DNA of 64,000 nt from Strigamia acuminata. Lineage: Eukaryota. Positions 35,669 through 47,900 of this stretch are shown here, piece after piece. The stretch is taken from assembly GCA_949358305.1 (NCBI GenBank), contig OX442314.1:20708001-20772000 (forward strand). The letters are read 5' to 3'. Under the pieces are notes generated by a model that was not told the DNA's origin, did no database searches, and saw only the letters and a program-made list of their open reading frames with translations. The position numbers and the translations under genes were made by a program. Numbering within the stretch: the stretch's first letter is position 1; every line of letters begins with the position of its first letter.

Positions 35669-37159
35669 CCTTGAATGCTAAACATTAACGACACATTAAA
35701 CAAATGGAGATATAAATCGTGAGGTATGGGAGAATGTCAAGGATGTTTAGTGGCTTATTGCATTCATTATTTATACAAAATTATAAAGGCAAAATATGTC
35801 CTCTACGTCGTGTGTTGAAATTTTTCACCCGTTGACAAACATCGATTTTTTTTCTCTTTCTACTAAAAAAAAAAAAATTCTTTCCTTTTATTTATTTTAT
35901 TTAAATCCTATATAATATTTGACCCGCAATTTCCTACCCCTTGGCATTTTCAATCTAACTGCGTGTCATAATGCCATTTGCAAACACCAAACAGCGTGCA
36001 AGTTGCCGCTTTTATATCTTGACTGAACATGCTAGTTGTTATCAGCACCAGCAAATTGTAGCAGCGCTTTTGCTAATAGATTTAGGAGGTGTGGACAAAT
36101 GACCACACAGTCATGCATCCCTGTTGATTTTCAACGTCGGGTTAATGACAACAACAATTTTTCTAAAAAAAAAAAAAACTAATAAAACAAAGTACTATTT
36201 TTATCGTCCTTATCCACTTATGTCAAAATGTCTCAACTGGTTCCACTTGTGTATATCATCTTTTATTTTTGAAATGTTTTTAAAAATATTTCTCCTCAGC
36301 CTTAAAGCCCAAACTAACTTCTTTCAATGAATTTCCCAAACAATTTCTATTCTCAACGCCTCACAATAAGTTTAGCATTCATAACTCACTAACTTTCTCA
36401 AATTACATGAAAAAAAAATTGCATTCAAATCTGTGATTTCCAGTCCATGTTTCCCTTGTAAGCACTAAACCGAGTACTGCAAACAAAATCCACTTAACCA
36501 CATTCATCAACAAACACAAGTTCAAGTTAATTAACCTTTGAAAGCATTTTGAGCAAGAAATGGTTTTACAACATCTTCTATTGCCAACACCTTGCAAAAC
36601 TTAATCCCCAACAACAAGACACAAATTAAAGAGAATAATCTTCAAACGTGCTTATGTGCTTGCAGATTACCATCAAATCAAAACAAAAATAGCCCTTGTC
36701 TTTAACTTTATTTCCGCTCTCTCTTTCTCTTTTCTTTCAAGTATCTGATGCACTTTTCGAGTAAAGCACAGAAACATCCAGACAGATATCACGGAAGAGG
36801 AACCACCTGCAACTTCTCACAAACATTTGCAAAGACGCCGACATTCCTTATTGATTTTGATCGGTTTCATCCCTTAAAAGAAATAAGACAATTTACGAGA
36901 GAAGAAAAAAATAAAGAGAAAAAAAATCATCTCATTTTATCACTTTTACAGATCAAATTTACTCTTTTTTTTTTAATGGATCTGACAACTTGTGCAACTT
37001 ATTTCAAATGTGAAGTCACAAAGTAGGGAGTGGATGAAGTCAAGGAAAAAATAATTTTAATTTCCTGTGATGGAAAAATCAATTTCGTGTATGAAGCTGA
37101 AAAAGTTAAAACTAAAAACTAGGCGCACGTAAGCACGCTTAACTTGGCAGTTAGAAATA

Positions 37160-37240
37160 CATTTTGTTGTTTAACATCGTGCGCATGCCCACTGCGACTG
37201 AAAACGGACTAAATCGGCCGCCATTTTTGAAATTAGTTGG
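37160..37240 (+). repeat. Dispersed repeat family A, copy 3
   Basis: TGTTTAACATCGTGCGCATGCCCACTGCGACTGAAAACGGACTAAATCGGCCGCCATTTTTGAA. Confidence 0.9.
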
Positions 37241-39161
37241 CGGCAATCAATTTTTTTAAAAAAATCTAAATGACTGTTTTTCAACCGCTCAAGTTACATA
37301 TAAAAATTAATTCAAATTCAAATTAATTTTTTTTTTAATTTTTTAATTTACATTAACTGTTTCTGAACATTTATGAAAGAACTACAGGGCTTTTCAAAGT
37401 CTTTTGCCACATATGGGATACCCAACACTGAAAATTCCACTTGGTTTTGGCCACTATAGTAGTTTTCACTCTATTCTGTTGACGTCTTGGCCTTTATTCA
37501 ATGTCTGAGAGAAGTGATCACCTTCCTAAACTGTCAATCCTGTTGACTGGTCCGTCTATTCCCCCACCGCACGCATCTGAGTGGCACCACATTGGCTGTC
37601 CCAAGTCAATAACGCTCACTTGGCTATCAAACTCATGGTAGTAGCAAGGACAACTTGATGCCGTTCCATTCCTCTCTTGACTCGCATGAATGCGTTTAAG
37701 CCAAACTCTACCAACGACTACTATCCCTTTCTTCCTTTGGACGGTCCTGACCGTTTGCCGTCTTGCGGCAAACCAGACCAACTGGCCTTCTCATCATCCA
37801 TCTTCAATGACCATGTGCGACCCAATGGTAACACCACTTACAAGACACCTACAAAATAAATCGCCTACTAACGACCACGCTACATAATTAATCTAACGGA
37901 TCAAATATTTAGTACGAAATCTCAACACCAAACAACAGATGTATGACTCAATCAATTACGTCAGCGTGATTATTTCTTTTCTAAAATGTTGTAAAAGTAG
38001 AACGCAAATACGCAGCCAACTATACGTTAAATTAAACTAAGTAGGAGATTTATAACCGCTCGTTCTGTAATTCTGATTTGTGTCTTAGTCCGGCAATGAG
38101 CAAAACACTAAATTTGCTTGATAGCTTGTAATTACCCCCACTAAATATTTCCAGCTCAAAAAATATGGGTAAGGGGAACGGAAAAGAGAGTTAAAATCCA
38201 GTGGTGCTTTTAAATTAAGCAAGATTTATTTCAAACTTATGCACCGTGAGTAACAGCTTGGGCTTTGCTCAAACATGCAGTGCACGGAAAGTCGTCAATT
38301 AAATTTCCAAAATTTTCAATTTACTTTACCAGCTCAGCATTGGTTACGGTGCTAAAATCCAAGAAATTTTTCGCATTAATATCACACACATACACACGCA
38401 CTCGCCAGCTCTTGTCATAAACTAATTTGGAACATAATTTACAACAGGTGCCACATGGAGCGTATTTTCATTCAAACTATCAAACTGACTTTACTAATTT
38501 CTCCACTTTCTTCATAACAAACAATAAAAATCACAGTAAGCCACTAACATCACCCCAATTTCATAATTCCAGCACAAACTTCGTAATTGAATCATCCAAT
38601 TCTTGCTTTTCTTTGCACAAACTCAATTCAATTCCCCTTTTTTCTAAAAAAAAATTTCTTTTTTCTCCATTGGTTGAACAAATCTCTAGTCTCGATTTTT
38701 TTATATACGTACATTAATGTATAATCCTTAATAACAAAAAGTGTGCCTTATGTTTCTTAAAAAATTCCACGCTACAGCAACGGGTAGAGACCAGAAAACC
38801 AATCGGAGTTTGTTCCTTCGGATGAAAACAGATTATAGATAGAGTTGTAGCCCAAACTGAGTTAAGAAACATTAGTGCATTGGTCTGTGTGTCGGAAGCA
38901 GCGGGAGCTCAATGCGTTTCTCAACCACGGTTATTAATCTTATAGCTATCAACATTTTTTAAGGGGGAAGAAAACTGAGTTAATGTTTAATTGTGTATGT
39001 TACAGGGGCTCGAAATGGAAAATCTCACAAACCGGAACGCCACTTCAAATTTTTTAAAAAATAAATCGTGCAATTACAAATTCACAAAAAAAAAATTATT
39101 ACGAACCGGAACACCATTCCAAGGTACATTCATAAAGTAATTTAGACTGCTCTTCTCAATC

Positions 39162-39240
39162 TTCAAAAATGGTGGCTGATTTAGTCTTTTTTCAGTCACA
39201 ATGGGCATGCGCACGACATTTAAATAACAAAACAAAGTAT
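39162..39240 (-). repeat. Dispersed repeat family A, copy 4 (reverse)
   Basis: TTCAAAAATGGTGGCTGATTTAGTC-TTTTCAGTCACAATGGGCATGCGCACGACATTTAAA is the reverse complement of the family core. Confidence 0.9.
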
Positions 39241-41845
39241 TCTCTTCTTTGTTGTTTACTTTACTTGACTAATGACTTGACTTTCATTTAAATTTAAAAC
39301 GCAATAAACTAACCAAAATCTTTTCAATACATATACAGTACGTAGTTAAATAATAATTAGAAAAAAGCAGCTAATTGAAGATTCAGTACGACGGAAGCTA
39401 ATGAAAAAGAATGGGAGGGAAAAAAAAACATGTTTCAACTTCCAAATTTTTTCCCCTCGATGCAAAACATTTGCATTCATCAACTAAACCTTTTTTCATT
39501 CCCTTATTTCTCTTATCCCGTATTTCTTTCTTATACCCCCTAGATGAATTTTTTTCCCTCTACTTATTCTCCTTCACAAATGAATTTTCATTCCTATCTG
39601 CTGACTTGGATTATTTTCCACATGACATAGATTCATAAGACCTTTATTTTGATAGAACAGAGAGAAAAAGAAGAAATTACAACTCAAGTCAAATTGCAAT
39701 TTCACCAAACTCAATTCGATCTAATTCCTTTTTCAATCATCACCCACTTTTTTTTTTAACTTTCTTCAAAAATTAATTTCGATCGTCTTCACCCTCAAAC
39801 TTTAATTCATTTCATTTCATTCCAACAGAATTCTATTTCCAAAACGGGTGCAAATTCTTCCCACAGCACAAAATCAATTAAAAACCACCCCAACACAACC
39901 CAACCCAACCCAACCCACCATTTTAAACCCTGCAAAGCACAAACACACAACCTCAACATCCACTAAACCCCTTCTATAGCCTGCACACTTCATTTCCCCT
40001 TACCTCTTACACCCTAATCAACTTAATTAGCACAAAATCAGGAATCTAAAAACATCCCCACTTAACATACCTCACAGGTACTGCGAACAAAAGCACGGAG
40101 AGAAGAAAAAGACCAACTACTCGAGAAAAAAAGTCTCTTGCCATTTCTTATCTCATTACACCCGACCCAATCTCTTCAATCCCACTCCCAGACCTTCATC
40201 ATCTAATTTTACTTCATTAACCAAAACTCCTCTGGAATCAATCAGGCCACACCCAGTGTTAAAACCCCCCCTTTAAGATTGAGTTTAAGCTGTGGAGGGG
40301 AAGAAAAGGGCGGAAAGGAATGGGGGAGAAAAAATGTCCCTTTATTCAACAGCCAACCCTTATACGATGCATCACTCTTTTCCTCCTATTGATTAGCATA
40401 TGCCATCACTAAGGTGGCAGACCATCCATCCAAGCGCACCCGACCGGATTTTTAATTGGTAGAAGAAGGGTTTAGAGGATCTTAATCCTCTGTTTTTTTT
40501 TTATTTTTTTATCAAGGGAAATAAAGAGTTTCAGATGTCAATTTTTTCAAGTGACAAATTAAAAAAAAAAAAATTAAAAAAAAGGATTACTTATTCAAAT
40601 TATTTTTATAATCCTAAATATTTTTAAAAAAATCAAATTTTAATAATCCGTGACATATATCATGCATAAATAACAGCAAGTTGAAAAAAAAATCAATAAT
40701 GGCCAACCATTGTTACAGTAGAATAATGCATGCATTATTAGATATGGACACTGATCCATAAGCAATATTGAATTGCTTTCCCCGATGGACTTGTGCGCGC
40801 ATCAAAAACGACCACTTAAAAAAAAACATACTGACATCGTAGGCTTTGCAGCGAACATATTAATGCCTTCACCAGCTGTAGTCATACATCATGCACGAAG
40901 ATTTTTTTGTTTATGGTGAAAGGAATCGCGGAACTGTTGCATATCCAGGTCAGAGATCTGGATTTTAAAGCATCCAATCCCTGATTAAACATGGCAGACT
41001 CAGATTCGAGCGAGTCCTTTAATTGTAGTGAAATTAAATCTGCTCATGCGCATTCAATGATTAGACTTGGTGAAGTCGAGCTCGGCACGAGTTCTCATGA
41101 TGCATCACACCATAAACAAAATCTTCGTCACGCTGATGCACAGAAAAAAAAATCTCTAACAAAAAAAAAAACATTATTTTTTTCCAGGTGAAATCTGATT
41201 TTTTTTTATTAGTAACAAGATTTACACTCAGTGCACGAGACATTTAAAAATTAAATAAAAATAAATAAAAATAAAAACTCAAACAAACTTAATTTTCATT
41301 TATTAAATCACGATAAAAAAAATGAGTGTATATAAAAAGGCGTTTCTCACCGTCCCGACATCATTTAATTCTTCAGTTATGCTAAGATCACAATCCAACT
41401 GAGTAAAGAAGTACAGTACACCAAACGTAACATTTTTTTTAAGGCAAACCCCAGAAAAAGAAAAAAAAATGTATAAATCTTCACAGGCGTGAAATCGGGC
41501 CAACTCGTATGGAAAAGAATTGTAGCATGCTTGGTGGAATTTCAAACACTTTTTCCCCTTTTTTTTATTTTTCTTTTGCATTTCAACCTCAGGCACACAA
41601 TACACGAGGCTGAGAAGAAAAATAAGCAAAGGCGGAGAATAAATCAATAACAACATTAACGTCATAACAAAAATTCTCAAACAATTCCCTTAAACGCTAC
41701 TCCTAAATTACAGCTCTTTTCTTGACTCAAAAATTCAAATTAAAGCAAAACCCCAAAACAACAAAAATGATAAAACGTAAAAAATTCACACATGTGCGCA
41801 ATATAACCAAAATGTCAATAAGTGAAGATCCAGAAAAACTGAGAA

Positions 41846-41980
41846 GCATACTGGGCACACGCCTAGGGCCCCAAACGTTTAGGGGCCCCATTTCAGTTTC
41901 CCATATAATAAAATAAAATAAAATAAAAATTTGGCGAATTTGGCGTCAATGCCCAGGGCCCCCGAAGCACCATAACGTGC
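41846..41980 (+). repeat. Dispersed repeat family B, copy 2
   Basis: ACTGGGCACACGCCTAGGGCCCCAA...CCATTTCAGTT, an (AAAAT)n tract and GGGCCCC, as at about 54.0 kb. Confidence 0.65.
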
Positions 41981-44625
41981 CAGAAGATTATCCCAGCGAT
42001 AATCGACGTCCACGCAAAATCTCACGCCAGATCTCGTGAAATCTCATACAAAACTCACGTCACGTACCTCCAACTTCAACCCTTATTTAAACTTTACTCT
42101 TAAGATTTCAATATCTCAGCCCTAAACCTAAGAAACGAAAGAAATTTTCCCGTTACTATTCCAATAAAAAAATTAGTTATTTGCCAGAGAATTAGGTCCT
42201 AATAACTTATGGTAAGCAAATACTAAAAGTTTGCTTAAATGAATAAAAATAAGTGGAATAAATAAAATAAATGATCCTAAATAAAATATATGTATTATTA
42301 CTAATGCGCAGGCTTGTGCGAAGCTGAGATATAAATGATTGTTCAACCGAGCATGCGTAAATCGCATCATTTTTGCTTAAAATAAGTTAAAAAAAAGTAA
42401 ATGGCATAAGCCCTGGCTTAAAGTTAAGCAAAAAAAAAAAATGTAAGTAAAATGTGACGTAAAAACCGTAGTATCCTAAAATGAAAACGAAGTTTCAACT
42501 TACCATAATACATTTAAGCAGATTTTTCTTAAACATTTTAAACGCACCTTGTGTTTCTATTTTTTCAAATACATTTTTAATTCTCTTGGCATTTGCCAAT
42601 TATCTTCAGAAGAAAATCATCCAATCAAACATTAAATTAAAAACTTCCCAGAAAGATAGAGAAGAGGGGGAAAGAAGAAGAAAAAATGTTCAAGTCATCC
42701 AAATTTAACCCAGCATCAATTTATATCCTAAACCAAGGGCCATCTGTTGGTGGAGACACTAAAGCATGTAATTACATTACAATCAAATTAAAAGCTTGCC
42801 ATCCAGAAAATATTATTCATGGCCTCATGGTCTCACTCCTTGCACATCACCCGCTCTCCCAACACACTCTTCTATCCCCATACAGCCCCCATCTTCCACC
42901 CACCTCTTACACTCAACTCCAGATGATGATGATGACCAACCAAGCCTGAAGAGATGAAGAGGAACCTCATCTCAAAATGCTATGTCAGCATTAAAGTCAT
43001 GTAAGACAAATCAAAATTAAAATCACTAAACCATAGCCCTAATTTAACCCCCAAAACAATAAACAAGTCAAAACAAACTTCCACTTTCGTGGAAAGGAAA
43101 AAAATTCTAATATAATAATCAATTTTTGTTTTAATTTTAGAACTAACTCCAGTGTGCCACTAAATGTCAGGCCAGTATTAAGCCTGATGGGTGCATCCCA
43201 GCATGCACCTGCATACGCCCACGCCTCCTTAGCATGATGGGGGTGGATTTTAGCGCAGTTTGCGTGCACTTGGAAACAAAACACCAGGAAAAATTAATAA
43301 GATAATTTCAAATAGCCAATAAACTTGTATTGATTTCAGCAAAAAAAAATATATATAAAAAAAAATTTAATTCCATTAGTCACTAATTCCTTTTTTTCCT
43401 TCAAGTCAATAAATAGAACCGCTTTCCTTATTGGTATAAGTTCCACATTTTATGGAATGCTTCAAAAGTATTAGCAATAAAGTTATTTGCTCTTGGATTC
43501 CAAATGATCCTCATTGCAAACAGTGTTGGCTTTGAGGTTGCAATCTGGTTTAGAAAGGCAAAGATGCAAATGTGATCAAAATTCTTTCTTTCTGTTTCTT
43601 CAAGAAGAAAAAAAACACACCAAACAATAAATTTCATTGCCTAAACTACAATACAATATTAAAATCCAAAAAAAAAAATAAAAAATAAAAAATAAAAACT
43701 TTTAATTGATTTCTTTTACGATCCTTAAACACCCCTTTTGCAGTGTTTAGCCAAATGCTTAAACCGTTTTATCAACCCATATAAAGCACACACAAGCACA
43801 AATACCCTATAACCACTATCTGCACCTTACCAAACACCTCTAAACCAAACAATTCTCCCGCAACTTGCCAAAACGACGGAAAGCAATGGGTCCTTTTTAT
43901 TTCCACGTGACCAACCCCTTTCGCTTTTCAAGAGCGACTCTTCCCCACCACATCCCTTATCTCAAACAAGCCAACGAAAAAAAGACGCATCAAGAAAAGA
44001 AGCAAATTAGATTTGTTAACTGCGTTCAGTGAGGCGAGAAAAAATTCAGCCTTACTGTCATTGTGCAAAAGAGGATGAAAACGGCGCCTGGCGTGTGCCT
44101 ATTTAATTAGGGGACCTGTTTACTTTGCGCCACAGACACAATATGCCCGCGAGCTGACAACTCTGCATATCGCACACTTCGGTTAGAAAAATTTAAAATA
44201 TTAAAATAAAACTCAATTTATTTCTTTCTTTGAAGAGACCGAGCTTTTGCCCACTCTTTCTTTATGACGTACAACACCACCACCAACACTGTCCATGTGA
44301 AGGAAGTAATAACCAGAATAAACAATACCACGATAGAAAACAACTCCAGGAATAAACTGTGCCACAATAGAAAGCAATTCTCATCAAGAGATGGCACTAA
44401 AAACACAACAAACAATCCCGTCCCCATGTCTGCATTGCAGCACAGTTACTAAGTTACTGACTCTTTTTTACTTTTGTTTTTATTCGTGAGCTTTTATTTG
44501 AATTTTCTATTGCTTTATATCACTCACTGTGATTACATTTTACCTTTTAAATACGTTTACAGCCATTTTTCTGCCATACATCTCAGTATTATAAATCGCT
44601 GAGACTAAACAGCATATTTAAACCT

Positions 44626-44690
44626 CAGAAATGGCGGCCGATTTAGTCTGTTTTCAGTCGCAGTAGGCATGCGCACGACATTTAAACAAG
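44626..44690 (-). repeat. Dispersed repeat family A, copy 5 (reverse)
   Basis: AAATGGCGGCCGATTTAGTCTGTTTTCAGTCGCAGTAGGCATGCGCACGACATTTAAACAA. Confidence 0.9.
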
Positions 44691-47600
44691 GAATCTTTCA
44701 TAAATGTGATTTACACTTTAAATTTAAAAGAAAATCCCCTCACTAGAACTGGACAGTGGAATATTCCAAACATCATCAGTTTTTCCTGTATGTAAACACA
44801 GTGCATGATTTTAATGGTAAAATGATAAACACTTCCAACACTTAAATGTTCGACTCCTCCAGCGGTGCCAAAGTGTCAAAAATTAGACTAAAAGCTAATG
44901 GTGTCCGAGACAACTCGTATTGACGACACTATTCGCCTTTATTGCCCAGGTAAGGCAACTCAAACGTGATACCCATTTAATTTAGTTCACAATTCTCTCA
45001 CACGGCGCCACCAGAATGACACAACATCTTAGCACAGTATCAAGATTACGTTTGCACTGGCTGAGCTGGATTTAGCCTAACCTAGAATGTTGAGCTAAGC
45101 TGTTCACTGACAAATGATAGATAATACCAAGAAAAGACACCTCTCTCAAGCTAGAACAAACTAGCTAAAATTAAACTAACTTCGGTTACACATTGTTTAA
45201 TCTTACTTAATCACCTCGAGCTAGGTAACAACATTTTTCAATTTAGATTCGATTTAATCCAGCGAACAGAATATTACGCTTGATTATTCTGTCAACCACT
45301 TGTATACTCTAAGGGGTAAGGTCATCTCGTTACCCCGGAATTAAATACCAGTATTTACAGAAGACTTAAAATGATCTAATTTGGCGCGTTGTAAACAACA
45401 TCGTTTAACAAGATGGCAATTATAAGCAACTAATTAGTTAAACAGAACCTGGTTGATCAAATTTACCTTTCGCTCTTAATTCCAGTTAGTTTAATAAACG
45501 GATGAAAGAAGAAAAAAAACTGAAACATTTTCAAAACCAAATGCACAAATATTTCCAATTCCATTCATGTTAGAGCTTAAAACATTAGACCTCAACTGAC
45601 ACATTCAAGCTGACCTGTCAAAACTAGAATACAACGCAAATTAATATTTAATCACTCGGATTAATTCCATAGTCTAACTAAAATCCAACATAAAACCATA
45701 AGCTATTTTCCAACAAAATAAACTTCATATTTTCAGTTGCGCGTTGCAAATATTTGCGAACCGCTCAACTAGAAAATGTAAAAACAAAATAAAGTAAAAC
45801 CTAAAAATTTAACCTACGGTCTTTAATTAGCGAATATGACCTTTAAACCAAGATAAAATAATCAAGAACCACCTCCCAAAGATGATAACCCTCATGCCAC
45901 GACCAATAACCCTAATCAAACAAGGGGCACTCACAAGACCCCAGCGCAAAACCATGTGGCACCGTTCCGGCATTACATATAGAAAACCAAACAGAAGTCT
46001 AATCAATCATTCTTACCACTTGTTCCTCTTTTTTTTTTATTTTATTATTATTCTAGTTCTTAACTTTTCATGTTGTTCTTTAATAAGAATAGCTGACACT
46101 GCACGCAATGCATTAATCTAAATAAAGATTCAGTCAATCAAAAAGTAAAAAATAAAAAAAAAATTCTCAAAGAATAACATGCAAGCTTCTGCATGTATTT
46201 ATATAGATAGAATATTATTCGCGCGCGCACATGTATACACAAATGTCCATCTCCATCAACACTTGAAAAATAAACTTCACAGACACACTATGCATATATA
46301 CACCAATATAAAGTTTCATATGAATCCTATAAATATTTATTACCGGAATGCATTGAAAATTCATTTCAAGATACAAATTTAAACATGAGTATGCCCAAAG
46401 TGCCGTTACGTTTTAGTGTACGGCAATATGAATACATGACAAAAATGTAATATTAAAAAAATAAGATCAAAAAATCAAAATAAAATAAAAATAACAAATC
46501 ACTAAATATTTAATTTAATACCAACCGAAGAACATTGCATAAATACGTGCATCGATGCAATTCTCCCACTTCCATTGAAACTTTAAACTAAAGCGACTAT
46601 GCTACTGAATGGTTTCACTTTTCAGCTACTGGCGTTCCATTTCTGCTCAATCCATTACCTCCCTTTGTTTTGTCAACTAATATCCCAATATTCTTCCGAC
46701 TAAATGACAGTCGATCTATTGGCTGCCGACCTAATGCTATATTTACATCCCCAATCCTAGAATGAAGTTTAAAAAAATTCTATTTGCATATAAAATGTGA
46801 AGAATGTAAAATATCCTTACATAAAATGCAAGCGAGTGTACTAACAACAATTCCAAATACTAGCTAACTGGTTACGCAATTGCTTGTGTAAAAAAAAGAA
46901 AAAAACAAAACAAAAAAACTGGAGTCATAACAAAAATTCGAATTATGAAGAAAACATTTAATTGATCTCATCGCCCTATTATACCCTGTGCTCCATTAAA
47001 CAAAAATATCAATTCAGCTCCAAATTTAACCTGGCAATAAAGTGACTAGTGTCCATTTTATGCACCCACAAATAAAGTTTAAAAGTGCATTTAGATTTAA
47101 AAAGGAAAGATAATGAGAAAATAAAAATAAAAACTTGAATCAATAACAAGTACGACTTTCATCGGATGAAATTTGAGCTACTCCATCCATTTAAACCCCA
47201 CATTAAGCATATGCATTTCACAAAAAAAACAAAAAACAAACAAAAGAAATGCAAGAAAGAAAAACGAAGAAAAAATTCACTGCAGCAAGGTTTCATCAGC
47301 TTTTACTAATGACCTTCATTTGAACAAAACAGCAAATCATTTAATCCTGTACATCTATCATAAACATCTTTGAAACCATTTTTTCAAAAACAATAAAATC
47401 ATTTACCATACATAATCTTCCGAAACTAAATATTCTTCTCTTCATCTTAAGTTATCGAACATTTTAATGATATCCCTCTACAAATCGAAAATAATCTTTT
47501 TCTTTTTCATAAAATACAATAAAATAAAACCAAATCCCTCAAAACCAAGCCCGACTCTAACAGCTTAACGCCCTATCTCTATCTAAAATTCTAAATTTCC

Positions 47601-47790
47601 ATCTTTAAATTGCTTACTTCCGGTTTCTTATCAAAATCCAAACACATACTCCCACCAAAAAACAAATATATATACCCGGTAATAAAATATTCCGTGCTAG
47701 ATATTCCATTTAGCACATTACCACAGCAAAACCAGCATTAATTAATCACATTTCTAAGTTGTAACCTTAAATAAGAAATTAACTAGTTAC

Positions 47791-47900
47791 CTTGAGGACG
47801 AAGTTGTCGTTGTAGAACTAGTTGTTACGGGAGAAGGAGGAGGACTTTGAGGCGAAATGCGGTCAGCCAAGGCGCCTATCTTGTTCAAAAGAGGGTCCAT
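47791..47900 (-). CDS. Candidate initial coding exon of an unidentified host gene (MDPLLNKIGALADRISPQSPPPSPVTTSSTTTTSSS + 2 nt, phase 2)
   Basis: GC-richer block that starts at an ATG (in-frame stop two codons upstream), reads open as a Ser/Thr/Pro-rich peptide, and ends exactly at donor AAG|GTAACT where AT-rich sequence resumes. Confidence 0.5.

Noticed and set aside
40865..40882. CCTTCACCAGCTGTAG resembling part of miR-133
   Set aside because: Seed region does not match and no hairpin partner was seen.
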